From the NCBI GenBank assembly GCA_964016885.1, contig OZ024740.1:181350001-181414000 (forward strand): a DNA stretch of 64,000 nt. The letters are read 5' to 3'. The stretch is from Eledone cirrhosa. Its lineage: Eukaryota. The position numbers were made by a program, and so were the translations under genes. Numbering within the stretch: position 1 is the stretch's first letter; the number at the start of each line of letters is the position of its first letter. Shown here in pieces: positions 12,040 to 27,007 of this stretch. Under the pieces are notes generated by a model. The model had not been told where the DNA came from. It ran no database searches and saw only the letters and a list, made by a program, of their open reading frames with translations.

Positions 12040-12490
12040 GATTTAGATGTCGACCTTAATTATGGGCAATAACATTAAGAAAGATATGAACGGCAACACA
12101 TCATTTTGTATTGAACATTTTGAAAGTATTTTTATAAGTATGAATGTTCTGTAGATGTCCGTAGCTGTCTAAGTGAACTAGTCGTACAGTGGAGATCCTG
12201 GTATTGGGTCCAATCCTGGTCGAGGAGTACATGTACTCTTTTTCAGTTTTTATTTTATATCCCATAGAACAAAACTGAAAAGGTTTTACCGGGAACCCTA
12301 CTCCCGACCCGGATCGATCTCCAAACCAGGGTCACCACCGACTGTAATTCCTCCGACTAGGCTGCCGAGACAGCTAGAAAAGTATAATGAAAATTAATAA
12401 TTATAAACCAACTTTCAAAATCAAAGTTAAAAAGATGTGGTGTCGTTCATAGCTTTTCCAGAAGTATTAGTCATATTTAGGGTCCACTTG
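12040..12490. repeat. Degenerate palindrome with tRNA/SINE-head-like arms
   Basis: Paired segments: aagatatgaacggcaacacatc / gatgtggtgtcgttcatagctt, tagctgtct / agacagcta, ttttcagtttt / aaaactgaaaa. Centre near 12260. Confidence 0.6.
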
Positions 12491-15400
12491 TCAATATTAT
12501 GTCTCTTTGGTAACAACCTTAATAGAAAAAAATAAACTAAATGAATAAATAATAAAACCACTTCAAACCAGCATGGTAGAGCAAGCCACATCGGATACTG
12601 GAATAGTTACTTTATTTTCCTCGGAAGAAGAGATATTAATTTCGAAATATCAGTCCATATGAATAAATTAAGGTAAAAAACCAAACCCTGTTTCTTGCAT
12701 TTTAATTTTTCTCCATCCAAACCTGCATTGCCGTAGCTTTCCAGCTTGGAATTCTTTATACCATATACAATGCTTCAATTAAATTACAAATTAATTTAGT
12801 GAAGCGTTGGTTCTACTACATATCAGAAATGAGTTAGTTATTTAGAAACGAATGAAACATTTTTGAATTCGTTGAAACCATGCAAAGTTGCTCCTAGCAA
12901 GTACTAAATAACAAGAAACAAAACAGATGTAAACCAATCATTACAAGTTTATTAGATCATGGAAAACGCTCCATGTCTTCTGTTACGGGGAACCTGGGCC
13001 AATATTGCATTCTAGTACGGGTCTAAGTTAGATGAGGAGTAAGCTGCTGTTTTTTAAGCTAACACGATGACTTCTAGTTATGAATACAATAAATAAATAA
13101 AATCTATATCAATTATATACATGCACCTCTATTTTACAGATGTGCCTACACTACTAAAACATTAATGAAGTTAATTCACAGCCAATAACATTTGCAAATA
13201 AATGTATATAGACAAAACTCATTTAAAACAAAAGGACCACGGTGGCAACCATTATAATTAATTTTCTTAACACCTCGGGATCTGGCGGTAGTGATAAGCC
13301 TGGTTGGTAAAATTAGATCTATCGAAATTGATTTAAAGTTCATAGGGAAGGAATAAGGAGCACAAATGAAGATTCAAAACCATGTTTGCAATGAATTGTA
13401 AGTGCTCATAATAAATAGCTGAAATTCCAAGATAATATAACTTTACATTAAAATTAATAATTAATATCACTTTATAATTCATACTAGCTGTAAATATTAA
13501 TGGAAGTACATTAATCTTTTGAACAGTGACATCGTAAACATGCACAGGTGAAACAACCTGACATTTAGTTCTTGGCGCGTTATTATCACACTTGCAAGTG
13601 CTAATGTCATGAACTATTGTTCTATGAAATATTCCCTTGTCATCTCTATCACATATCTTTATCCGTACTAGCTTCTGACAGAAGAACCACTGGAAGCATT
13701 AGAGATATCTATGTTTACTACGAGAATGTCCTTCACAATAGATATGGAACGTCAACAAATAAACTTGTTAGTAAAGAAAGAAATTGTTGGAAAAATCTTC
13801 AACACGTTCATAGCAAAAATTTATATTGTGCCCGTATATGATTGGCGTAGCTCATCCAAGTCAAAGTCTACTGGAATATTGATTGGTCTATCAAACCCAG
13901 AGTCAGTGTTTGTTCTTTGTTAATAATATTATCAAATACGCACAAATAACCAGATGTATCAAAATATTCACAGACCTTTAATGACAATCCTTCTCTATAA
14001 TGAATATTTAGAATACTTGATATGTAAGCAGCTGTTCCCCTTTCTAACTGCATTTTAACTGTAGACGTTTACTTGAAATAATGTATACAAGCATCACGTT
14101 GATTCGAAAAATATTATTTCAAATACTATTTACTCCCACAGACGGTTTTGATTGATAGCAATGGATTTACTGGGAAATTATTAATATATCGGGATTAGAA
14201 TAGTTATCAGTGGTAAGAAAACGTGTACAATGTACGAGGTTCTCATAATTTTGTCGTTATTTATCTTTGAAGAGATTACTAAAGTAACGGAATACGTGCC
14301 AAGTATTCTATATAAGGATACACAATGATCTATTGTAGAATGGTTAAAAGAGCAGCATTAAGTCCATTTTGAAATGTAGAATTAATTTTAATTCAAATAC
14401 GATTATGTTGTCATGCTAAGAAGTGAATAATAGAGATCAGATATGAAATGAATATGATCTAGAAATGCTAACACGTATTATGAATTAAATCTATTATAAA
14501 TATTTCTGAGTGTTGCTTGGCGGGCAATATAATACTATATAACTTCAATATTTTGTGGATTAAATAACAAGTTATCCTGGAAAATTGACAGTGATACCAA
14601 TTGCCAGTGATACCATCTGATCCCGGGAGATGGGCTCTTATATTTCACCTGCTTATTATTAGAAAATCTGAAGTTGAGTTCTAGACTTCATGGATCCTGG
14701 TAATTCTCGCAAGGATTAAATGGTTTTGACATTGGGAAAATAGCTGCTTCCCGTAGAATATAGGCTATCGTGATGTGTTTAATGTTCTAAAACGTCATGT
14801 AACACCATATTAGTCATTTACGACCACAATTGAATGTTTTTTAATGTATTCTGTATACTTAAATGGATCCAGTGAATATCCATAAAAGATTCAACACTAC
14901 AAAATAAATATGAGCGTCATTCAAACTTATAACATACGAATGCTTTGTGATCTCAGAATTAATATGACATAAAGTAGTTTCTCCTATGCTATATGGATTA
15001 TACGATTGACCTGCCATATAACCGTTACTACCCCTTGCATGGAACAAGTATTACTAATTTCAAACGATACAACATCAATATACATAGTCGGAAATAAGAC
15101 CCTGATGATGCCGTTTAAATAGAAATAATGCACATACACGTTATATATATATCACATGAATAATATGGAACAAATTAACGGCGTGATACTGTTTTTATAT
15201 TGCAAATCAATTTCATGCTACATTTAAGATTTGAAACAATAATTTGGTACGATATAATGTCTACACTGCGTTGGTAAATGTGATGAATTATTAAACATAA
15301 TTTCATTCTTCTGCAGAAGTCGTATTTTGTCGCTATTTCTACAGACTAAATTCTACAGACTAAATTCTGCTACATTTCTCAGACAATCTAACATTTCTGC

Positions 15401-16650
15401 GAAACATAATGGATTTTTCTTTGGTGCTATAGTTGACGGAACAAGATTCCCCTTCTGAGGTGTGTAATGCATTTATCTTTCAAAAACTCAGTGCTAGGGA
15501 AGATATGTGTGAAATTGTTCTTTAAAGACACATGTCTCTAAAACTGTTTACCGCTACACTCTAACAATATCCACTACTACAAAACCGATGTTCTTTGAGC
15601 ATAGATGAATATCAATAGACTGATGGCAATTTAAATCATAGGAACCGATAGTATAATTATTTGATGCACATTTATTTAATTATTGTTTTGTTCTGTAAAG
15701 ACTGTAAAGGGTTACCAACGAAGAAGTAATAAAGTAGTACGAAGAACGCATAGTGTAGTTCTTGAAATAAAATGTGTAATATTAGTTTACTGTGATTCTT
15801 ACCATCTATTAATTTAAGACACAAACACACACATATATATATATACATACACACACACACAAACACACACACAGATACACACAAGCAAACACACACACAT
15901 ATATATATACCCACAAACACCCCCCCCCCCACACACACACACACACTCGCGATTGCAATTTGTCTACGTGAAAAATATTTCACACGGCATCTTTCTTCCA
16001 ATAATGAATAATTATTTTACATCTTAACACCTTTCTACGTATACTTTATTTCAAACTACCGGATTTACAAACGCATTGATATGACCGGTTATGCGGATGA
16101 GACAAACTGCGGTTTGTGAAAAAAGTCCACCATATAATAGAAGGAAGATGTTTAGTTAAATACACAAGCCGTATACTCTGGTATACACATGTATTACACA
16201 TTGATGGGTGCATTCATATGTGTACACAAGTATCCCATACGGCAGGGCCTAATGGATTCCCTTTGCAGTACGTACAATCTGGACTCACACACGCCTTGTT
16301 GTAATGACAATACTATACATCATTTCACCTCTTTTATTATTGATGTTATTGATGTTATTTTGAGAGAATCGTGTTTGCAAATGACTGAAAATATCGAATA
16401 ATGTTCGCCATTTTTACAAGTAGCACAAACATATTGGTCCATCCACACACACACACATACACATGCACACGCGTGCACTAACATAAAGACATACATACAA
16501 ACACTCACACACCCTTCTCCGTATAAACTAGAGCTGAAAAATATGTTTCAATATGTTAAAATAACCCCCCATCCCCCACAGACAGACGTACACACACATT
16601 GTTACTGACCGATTCATATCCATTATCACAACAAGGAACAACTTTGCTAC

Positions 16651-16843
<193 letters not shown>

Positions 16844-16930
16844 TTGTCTTAATAAATACCCGAACTTTTCACCTCTCAACATGACTGCAACTCAATCAAG
16901 CGGAAAAGGACACTGTTCGACAAACCTACA

Positions 16931-17120
16931 TTTGGCGCGAAACCAGTTCGCGCTAAAAGCAATTTAAACATTCACGTGACTTCTACCGACCAATCAAAAT
17001 TGTTTATACTATAAGAATTTTTGCAACACGAATTGGCGCGAAATTTATAGTTCTTATTCACGTGACATTCAACAGCCAACCAAATTGTAATACCTCCCAA
17101 GCCACTTTTTTCACATAAAA
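16931..17120 (+). promoter_or_regulatory. Duplicated E2F-site / E-box / CCAAT motif cluster (Pol II promoter-like, probably element-borne)
   Basis: TTTGGCGCGAAA 16931, TCACGTGAC 16972, CCAAT 16990; then TTGGCGCGAAA 17033, TCACGTGAC 17058, GCCAACCAAA 17075; CATAAAA at 17114. Confidence 0.45.
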
Positions 17121-17385
17121 GAGGAAGAATTTCCAAAACTGATCAGATTAGAGCAAAAATAACGAGCAATCTATCTCAAAATTATTTTTGAAAAGCATAA
17201 GAAATGTGCAACCTGTAAACACTTAAAACTAAAACTGAATACTAACTAATACTTAATACTAATTTATACTTATTCCTAATTAAACTATTTTTTACTGGGA
17301 AAAAGTTGTCAGAATTTTCTTTTCCTTTTTACTAATATATCACAATTCGTGTGTCACACCTCAATTTGTTTTAATATACATATAG

Positions 17386-17443
<58 letters not shown>

Positions 17444-17450
<7 letters not shown>

Positions 17451-17580
17451 ATCAAAAGATGGTTAAAAGTGTTAAAAGTAATCATCTTTTGATCTTATAT
17501 ATTATTTATACTCCAGTCCTACAAACTGTAGAGTGCTACTCATCTGAAATCTGCATTGTTTTATTGTACTACAATAAAAC
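17444..17580. repeat. Two short hairpins between (TA)n tracts
   Basis: atataagatcaaaagatggtta / taatcatcttttgatcttatat (17444-17500) and gttttattgta-c-tacaataaaac (17558-17580). Confidence 0.75.
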
Positions 17581-17591
17581 TCACCTCCTAC

Positions 17592-17638
<47 letters not shown>

Positions 17639-18834
17639 CAATAAAAAATGTTTTTAATTAATTCGAGGAGTATAAACAAGATAGACGAAGACATATTCCT
17701 ATACAACTTATCATAGTTTCATATGTGGAAACATTATTATTGGAACCGCCAATAATTCAAGAATCCGCCATACTCTTTAGGAGAGTATAATTCTTCATAT
17801 CTAAGTGAGGCAAGATTCTTCATTAAGATATTTGGGTTTCAGCGACTAATTAAATTTTAATTAATATAAAACTATTCTGAAATTTGTACCAGACACTCTT
17901 TAGTCTGTTATTTCTAACGACATTATAAGCCTGTCCGGTAGTCACATCTTAAGAGATTTGAAAACGTAACACTACACGTGTCATCAAATCAACATGCTAC
18001 CCCGGCTTTGGAAATAATATCTAGTATATCTTGTTCCATTCCTATTAGACTTGAAGAATTTTTCTCCCCGAAGAGTGCTTTAATGCAAAGGTTCTGAACA
18101 GGGAGCATACACCCCCGGGGGCTGTTCGGAGCTCAAGGGTGGCGTTCTGGAACAAGGAGGCGTTTGGCGGCGTTTGACCTTTGGTGTGATGAGGGGGCGC
18201 TCAGTTATTTACTTAAGTAAGTTTTTTAAGCCATATTTGTATGTCTCTGAGACAGCCAGTGTGAATGCATTTTAATGAAGAAAACGAAGAAAATAAATAA
18301 AAGAAGCTTGTCAACGAATTTCCAAGGGAGATAAAAGAAAAAATGAAAGAAAATGAAAAGAAGGACAATGTCAACTGTTAAAACAGTTACAACAGTTACG
18401 AGAACAACAGAAACGACAAGAAAAAGAAGCAATGGTACACACACATGCTCTACATGGTCTACACATGTCTGCAATAGCTGGCACCTTCAAAGTTTGCAAA
18501 ACATTCTTGCGATTCAAGGGATGACAATTTCTTTTCTTTTACAACCTTTCCACCAGAAAGGTGGCCAGTCAAAATAATATAATCGAAATTGAGAGAAAGA
18601 GATAACATACACACATACATACGCATGCCGGCGTTGGTGTGTGATGAGGTTGAGAACCTGGTCAGCTTTCAGCGAGAACTGTTGTATTTAATTTTCCCAG
18701 ATTATAAAATCTGGAGGCAAAATTCTCTCGTTACCAAAAAATAAAAACATAAACCATGTCAACATCATTACATATAAATGCATGTATATATACAAATGTA
18801 TAGATGACTAGCATAGGTAAATGTATGTATGTAG

Positions 18835-18880
<46 letters not shown>

Positions 18881-18919
18881 CGCACACAAACACACACACA
18901 CACACACATATATATATAT

Positions 18920-19110
18920 GCGTAGTGTGACAAGAAGCTTGCTTCCCAACCACATGGTTCCGGATTCAGTCCCACATACCAGGGGGCCGAACAAACACCT
19001 GTGAGTGGATTTGATAAACCGAAATTAAAAGAAGCGAGTCGCATATATGCGTTTGTGCTTGCTCTCCCACCAATGGTTGTTGGGTTTTTGGCGTCCCCAT
19101 AACTTACGAA
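18920..19110 (+). mobile_element. tRNA-derived SINE, second family
   Basis: tRNA-like head gtagtgtgacaagaagcttgcttcccaaccacatggttccggattcagtccca, then body gtgagtggatttgataaaccgaaattaaaagaagc, which I recognise from octopod repeats. Confidence 0.7.
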
Positions 19111-19305
19111 GGTGATGTTCAAGCATGGGCGTAGTCCAGAGACAGAAAAAAATTAAAGTGTATATATAGATATATATGTGTGTGTGTATGTAGTAGAAGG
19201 GTATCAAACTCAAGGACATAAAAGGGCCATTACGACCTGGAGGAGAGACAGTGGGCCAGACGTGCTGGTGGGTGATGATTTTCACCAGTTATAGTCATAT
19301 ATACT

Positions 19306-19501
19306 ATAGGCACAAGGCATGACATTTAGGGTTTAGGGTCCCGTCGATTTCATCGATCCCAGTTCACAACTCGTATTTAATTTATGGAACCCAAAAGGAT
19401 GAAAGGCAAAGTTGAGCCCGGCGGAATTTGAACTCGGAACGTAAAAAGTACCGGTAACTATTTCGCCAGATGTGCTAACGATTCCACCAGCTCACCGCCT
19501 T
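19306..19501 (-). mobile_element. tRNA-derived SINE (same family as 7742)
   Basis: Plus strand aggatgaaaggcaaagttgagcccggcggaatttgaactc...tgctaacgattccaccagctcaccgcct is the reverse complement of an A/B-box head. Confidence 0.85.
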
Positions 19502-19543
19502 ATTTTCACTAGTTATAATGGAATCTGAAATATTGGTTCTACG

Positions 19544-19590
19544 ACAGGCCATAGAAAAGTAGTTCGCGGGCCGCATGTTTGATCCCCCTG
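19544..19590. mobile_element. Possible hAT-type terminal fragment
   Basis: cgcgggccgcatgtttgatccccctg resembles hAT/Charlie subterminal motif plus CAGGGG TIR. Partner end not found. Confidence 0.35.
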
Positions 19591-19686
19591 TTGGAGAGAT
19601 AGATAGATAGACGTGTACCAAACACACACACACACACACACAGACACACACGCACACACACTTCTTACTCTCTGTCTCTCCCTCTG

Positions 19687-19794
<108 letters not shown>

Positions 19795-19974
19795 GTTATT
19801 ATTTGAAGTTGTTGAAAAGACCAGTGGCCTTTGACCCGACAATAAAAACTGAAGACAAAATTCTTTCTGTACCAAAAAAAAGGCAACACACAGACACACA
19901 TAACTTTGTTTGTGTGTGTATGTGTGTGTGTGTTAGTGTGCGCGCGCGTATGTGTGTGTGTGTGTGTATATACC

Positions 19975-20053
<79 letters not shown>

Positions 20054-20841
20054 GAGACGTATACTGTGTGCTCACTGTCACTAAGCATCTTAATACATTC
20101 GTTGCAACTAAGTTTGTGATCGAGCACTTTATTTTGCAAGGTACTATTTTCCCCTTGAGTTTGTGATTCAAGAGTAAGAAATTCTTCATATTTTACATCT
20201 TTTGTATTTTGACTTTACAGTTTGAATTGTAGATTTGTGTATCCACTCAAAATATTACAACAGCTAACAGTGAAAGATAGAAATTAAAAATAAAAGCTTT
20301 TTCGACTGAGATCAAATTATGTGAACATTCACGTCTATTTTTCAAAAATATATAATTTGTAATAGCTTGCTTTTATTTTGGACTGAAACCTTTTTGTATT
20401 TAATTCGTACGAGTATTTTTTAAAGATGTTTTTAAAGATTCTAACATAACTTGATTTGGCCCAGTAACCTACTGATATCAAAATCAGTAGTATATTGAAA
20501 AATGGAAAAATAGGGTAGGGGGCATTTCGTGATTTCGATGGGGAAAAGGGGAGCCCTTGGCCGAAATGGGTTGAGAAATTTGCTTTAATGTATGCTAATA
20601 ATCATAATTAGCATCGAATACACTTTTAATATATGCTGGTATGTATATAGAGCATCGAACCTGCAACATTCTTTTCACAAATCGGACATTTTAGCTTCAC
20701 GGTTATACCAACAAACATGCATATATAGCACTGCATGTGTGTTTGTGTGCGTGCGTGTGTGCGTGTTCGCGTGTGTATGTGTACACGTACAACCGCACAT
20801 TCATTTGTGGTGTGTACGTGACTGTTGAAATATATATATAA

Positions 20842-20879
<38 letters not shown>

Positions 20880-21544
20880 TTATTTATATATACTCCCGGG
20901 TGACGCACCCCTCTTTATATGGCTGTGCACCAGCATGGTCTCAGTCAGTCGGCTGGAACAGGTAGACGAGTAAAAGGGGAAAAGTGTGTGTTTAATCATA
21001 TAAATATACACATATATATATATATATACACGTATATATATTTATATATACGTACAAATAATACCATACATGTGCACATATACTTCTTTCATTCTTTCTT
21101 ACTTATAGATTAACAAACGGTTGTGTATATATGATTGTATGTATAGCGTTGAGGCCATTCCTTAATTCAGAAAGAATATAAAAGCCCCTCTCCAATTCCG
21201 GTCCATTGTGGTTAGATCAAAGCATTATATTAATTATAGAAACGTAGTTAGTTATTGTTGCAGAAACTTTTAGATGTATTTAGATATATTTAGAAACCTT
21301 TTCGACTGATGGAACTCAGTAGATATGTTTACATTTACACTGTTCGCAATATTTAGACAAATAAGATACATTTTAATATGCGAGTACAAATGCACACTTA
21401 TACAAATAATCACAAACGGGAATAAATATATCCATATCCACGTTCACATAAACATAAACGAATCGATGCCCCACCCCGCGACGAGCACACGCACATACAT
21501 ATTACAGCCTATATACATATATTTATTCCTCACTCTGTCTTTCG

Positions 21545-21587
<43 letters not shown>

Positions 21588-22069
21588 GTATAGGATTATC
21601 CTGGATGCAGTAATGGTTAATTACTACACTGGATAGAGTTGACGTACAGTGAGAGGTTACTCAACGAGTTATGGAAGAATAGTTGAAGAAACTCAGTTCC
21701 TGATCCTTCTGTATTCCGGAGTGTAGATAAAGAATGAATAATAACAGGTAGACATCATAAAAAGTTAATGTATTCTGTGTGCTTACAAATGTTTCCACGG
21801 TGGTTATACAGCCTAGTTATGCTATGTGCAAATTTATAACTATTTGCAAAACTCAATTATCAAATCCTGTGACCACTGTATCATTAGAGCATTCTGCTGA
21901 AACGGCAAGTGTTTAGTGTCGAATATATTTACACTATAATATTCTAAGCATTGAGTGCTCTGCTGAATGGTCTTAAACATTTAAAACTGATAAAATCCCG
22001 AGGAAAGTATAGATAAATTATAAATTAGAGGCAAAGCTGCAATTATAAATAATACTATATATCGTGATG

Positions 22070-23370
22070 CATTGTAAGGAATGGCTGGATACAAGCCTGG
22101 GTGATGTGATTTGGAAGACAGGATTTTCCCCATGCAGTATGTCATCCCTCTCCAAAATGCCGCTGGATCCAAAGGAGCAGCGATGCTGCTACAGTTTAGC
22201 AGCAGCGCTGTCGCAGGAGCTGCCAGAATGAAGTTGTAATCAAGGACTCACTGCCTTAGGGGCTCCGACTCCGGATTTTTCCACAAGGATTAATCTTGAA
22301 GTCTTCCCATAATTGGATATCACCGCAAGGCAGCAGAGGTTTGGATTCAGAGTTTTCCTTCTCCTAGATGGACTACCTACTAAGGCTAAGAACCTCCATC
22401 TGTGCCAATATGGCATGGTTGCATGGTAGCCAGTAACAGGACAATCCAGGGAAACTAGAGCAACCTGACCTGACTGCAACCCACATATGTACATGCTAAT
22501 CGATGTCCGTTGACTCACACGAGTTCCTCCACTTTAGTTTCCTTCTTCCTTTTGTTTTTCGTCCGGTGGGATGTCCAATAATCACCCTCCTCACCAAGCA
22601 AGCCTTGTGAGGTGGCCAGTTTTTTCGAAAAACTGATGGGCCACGACTGCCAGGTCTGCAGGGATTTTGTGCTGACCATCAGTCTTGGGAAGACAAACGT
22701 GTTGGGGCAGGACAAAGAGGTGCCACTGGTCATCAAAATCGATGACTATGAGCTTGACGTTGTCCATCAGTTCACCTACGTCGGTTCCATTATCACCAAC
22801 AACATCTCCCTGAACACAGAGCTCGACAGGTGGATTGGGAAGCGAGCTACAACATTTGCTCAACTCACAACTTTAGTGTGAACAAACCCCAAGCTGGTTG
22901 TAAAGAGAAAGATAGTTGTGTACAATGCCTGTGTCCTCGCCACACTGGTGTATGGCAGTGTTACATGGTCCCCATATACTAGAGAGGAGAGGTGACTCAG
23001 CACCTTCCAACTGAGAAACCTGTGCCTTATTGGCATGAGAGAGTGCCCAATGCCGATATCCTCATTTGTGCTGGCCTTCCCAAAATCCTTACCCTGCTCC
23101 GACAGCACAGACTACGTTGTCTATGACACGTCCACCACATGAATGATAGCTGCATCCTAAAAGACATCTTATATGGGGAGCTGGCCTCTGGAAAGAGGGC
23201 CATCGGTCGACCATTGTGAAGAGAGATATGAAGGCCATTGATATCAACATAGAGTCCTGGGAGTGACTTGCAGCTGAACGGCCAGCATGGAGAAACACCC
23301 TGAATCAATACCTCAAATTAGGGGAGGAGAGTGTGATGACTACAGCAGCAGAGCTGACAGCAGGATACTA
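22070..23370 (+). mobile_element. RTE (BovB-like) LINE with large internal deletion
   Basis: 5' UTR-type motif ttttccttctcctagatgg. RT C-terminal region LTISLGKTNVLGQD...LDVVHQFTYVGS...VYNACVLATLVYGSVTW...KDILYGELASGKR. EN and most of RT missing. Confidence 0.85.
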
Positions 23371-23735
23371 CCCATGGTCAGACTTGACCGAAGGAGGTCT
23401 TTAGTTAACTTAACTATATATCGTATATTTACCAAAACCAGTTGTCTCCGGACGTTAAATCTAACACTTGCAAATGGTTACTTATTTATTAAAAAGAGCA
23501 ATGAAAATACATAATATGATAGACTTAATTAAGAAATATTTTTTAGTGGATTTCTAACTGGTATTATTAGCTATTTGAGCGACTATCTAAAAGCTACCGT
23601 ATTTGGTCTTTGCAGGTAACATAGCTTAGGTTACTTCTTTTAAAATATTTGCATTCACTTCATCATATTTCTCGTGTTTGTTCCTTTTTGCACACACACC
23701 CCCCACACACGCGCGCACGCACGCACGCACACACG

Positions 23736-23777
<42 letters not shown>

Positions 23778-24517
23778 GAGAGAGAGAAACACGCACACAC
23801 ACATATACAGAAAAACAGACACAGAGACACACATACACATACACATGCACACAGAGACACACACACACGCATGTGTGTGTATATATATAATATATATATA
23901 CTGTATATACAGAGGCAGGGAGAAAGAGAGAGAGAGAGATTTGCTGTGTTATTGGCTGTGTTATTAAACCAGAGCAGACTGGCAAATTCAACTGAAAATG
24001 GATTACTTCCTGGATTAAGGCTTTCTTTATAACCATGATCCACATAATAGCAGGTGCCCGCATTTCAACTGTAAAAATAATAATAAAACACTAGAGTTTC
24101 AAAACCTATAAACCAGATCCAACAAATCAAACGCACGGTTTCTTATCTTTAGTGTTCCCTTTATTCGGCAATATCAATTAATATATTGGATGAATGCCGC
24201 CTTTCTGAAATATTCATTACTTCATGTAGCAGAGAGAACATTCTAGAAACTATTTATTTTTATTTAGTGGATTAGGATTAACATTTTGTGGGATAGGAAA
24301 TAAAACACGGGATTCACTCAACGATGGTTTTCAATAACGAAATATATTACCTGTTCAATGCACAATGAAATGATATAACTTCGGTCAGTGTTATCTATTT
24401 AGCAAGCCTCACGTTGATAAATCCCTCAGCCATTTCAATAGCCCATTATCCATCTATCCTACCCTCCTACATTTTATTCAAGAGCTTCCTATTTGTTATA
24501 TATACACACACACACAC

Positions 24518-24582
<65 letters not shown>

Positions 24583-24606
24583 TACATATATACATATCTC
24601 TCTCTG

Positions 24607-24657
<51 letters not shown>

Positions 24658-24783
24658 ATGTGTAAATATATATAAGTGTATATATACATATATAAATGAA
24701 AAATAAAAATAAAAATATATATATATAGAGAGAGAGAGAAATAAATATATGCTTGCATATAGATAGATATATCTACATGTTTG

Positions 24784-24828
<45 letters not shown>

Positions 24829-25258
24829 TTGTGTATGTATATGCCTGTGGGTGTGTGTGGGTGTGTGTATGTATGTATGTTTGCATGTGTGCTCACTTAA
24901 TCATATATACATGTGTGTGTTTGTGAGTGTGTAAACATGCAAATACACATATAAACATGGTAAGCTATTTCTAGCGCGCCCCATATACATTGAAAGAGTT
25001 CTTCGTTGCACCAGAAAGGAATATCTGAATGCGCAATCCATATGAAAGTCCGTTAAAATGACAAAATGGTTGTTGAACCTCAATGAATCATATCATTGAC
25101 CATAGAGAATCAAAGTGCATATTAATAACTTCAAACGAATAATATTGGCAGACAGTGGGATTCGCCTATGTATACATAGATGTATAAATATATGTGTGTG
25201 TGTGTTTGTATTTACATATGCATATATGTACAAAGATCATAGATGAATACATACGCAC

Positions 25259-25301
<43 letters not shown>

Positions 25302-26071
25302 AGGGTGTTTATCTATATATATGTATATGTAAATACACACACGAGTACGTACATTTATTTATGTGTGTGTGTGCGTGTTTGTGCGCGTATGTTTGTGTGT
25401 ATGTGTTTGTATGTGCATGTATCCGTGTGTACATATCTGTGTTTGTGTGCGTGCTTAAATATAAATATACACGTGTCTTTAAATAAATATATAGATAGAT
25501 ATAGATACATAGATATGTGCGGACATTTGTGCCAATGTGTGTCTGTGTTTGAAGGCGTATGTGTGTGTACAAGCTTTTGTAGGTGTATATATGTGTATAA
25601 AGAGCGCGTAAACATATCAAATAAACTTTGCTAATATTGGAATCCGAGACCAGAGAAAAACAACAACCATAACAAAAACAACTGCAACATCGAAATCAAA
25701 CACAAACAAAAATAATAATACTGAAAACAAATAATACGCAAATGGAGAACAATCTTATGAAAGAACATCAATTTCATTACATGTTACTCTGTTCACTTCG
25801 TTGATGGATGGATATATGGATGAATGGTTACATGGATGGATAGTCGGATGTTGGCTGGTTGGGTGGATGGAGATATGGATAAAAGGATATTTATATGCTT
25901 CGTGTTGGTAGCGGTGTTGCTAGTCGTGTTGGCGGTGTATATCGTGCTGATGGTAATATTGATACAGCTGTAATTTATATTAATGTTATATGGTGAAGGC
26001 GTTACTTTATGATAGTAATATTATTAGCTGCAACTACAGAAAATATAAAAAAATTGGAGACATACACGTAA

Positions 26072-26133
<62 letters not shown>

Positions 26134-26262
26134 TCCATATATACATATACACATATATATGTGTGTATATATATATATATAATATATATATATACATATA
26201 TATGTATATATATATATACATATATACATATCTGTATATATACACACATACACACACATATA

Positions 26263-26310
<48 letters not shown>

Positions 26311-27007
26311 GGTGTATATGAAATTATGTACGATAAGTGCATGCATAATAACCAGAGAAGACTCCACTAGAATATTTCAAATAGCCGTACAATAATGTCA
26401 GTCACATGTTTCTAGATTTCTAACTTACCCTTCCACTGTCATAAAAGAGAAGGAGGGGAACGCTTATAGCTTACACGGTGTGTTGCTGGAGATGCTCATT
26501 TAAATATACTGCGAACTTGACCGGCTAGGACTAATAAGCATTAGCTTCACCATAGCGTAATGCAAATGAACAAATCTTATCGTGCAATCTACTATATAAA
26601 TGGCAGTTTCTGTCTGTCTGTGTATCTGTATACTGTGTATAACCAATTGCCGCCTACACCAGTGATACGATCCTGATGAAACTTTACACACATGTTAAGT
26701 TAATATTAAAAAATAGGACTGGTTAATTGGATTTCAATAAAAATCCATAATGGAAACCCTGGGGACATCTTTACAATGAAAGAGGGAATAAAAGACGTTT
26801 CAGTGCGGGAGGAGGAGGAGATACTACTACTGTATGTTAAACCCTCCCTCCCACTATTCTCCTTCCTCCTCCCATAACTCAGTCCTCCAAAACGAGGCAA
26901 CAACTTATTGGAAATATACATAAAGAAATTTCAGACAAGGCAGACGACAATGTTTTTGGTTGACAACTGAACTGATAACTCTGTATATACATATATATAT
27001 ATATTAT

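Noticed and set aside
13600-14100. Coding-like stretch on the minus strand
   Set aside because: Multiple stops and no recognisable motif.
15101-15130. CTGATGA...GAAA, and similar motifs at 26673, 46149 and 48650
   Set aside because: No complete stem II-GAAA-stem I arrangement; expected by chance in AT-rich DNA.
17700-18240. Minus-strand peptide YTLLKSMADS*IIGGS, faintly like a Polinton PolB motif, next to a GC-rich island
   Set aside because: Too short and interrupted to assign without a profile search.
22340-22410. HDV-like ribozyme in the RTE 5' UTR
   Set aside because: Could not satisfy P1, P1.1 and P3 pairings by eye.
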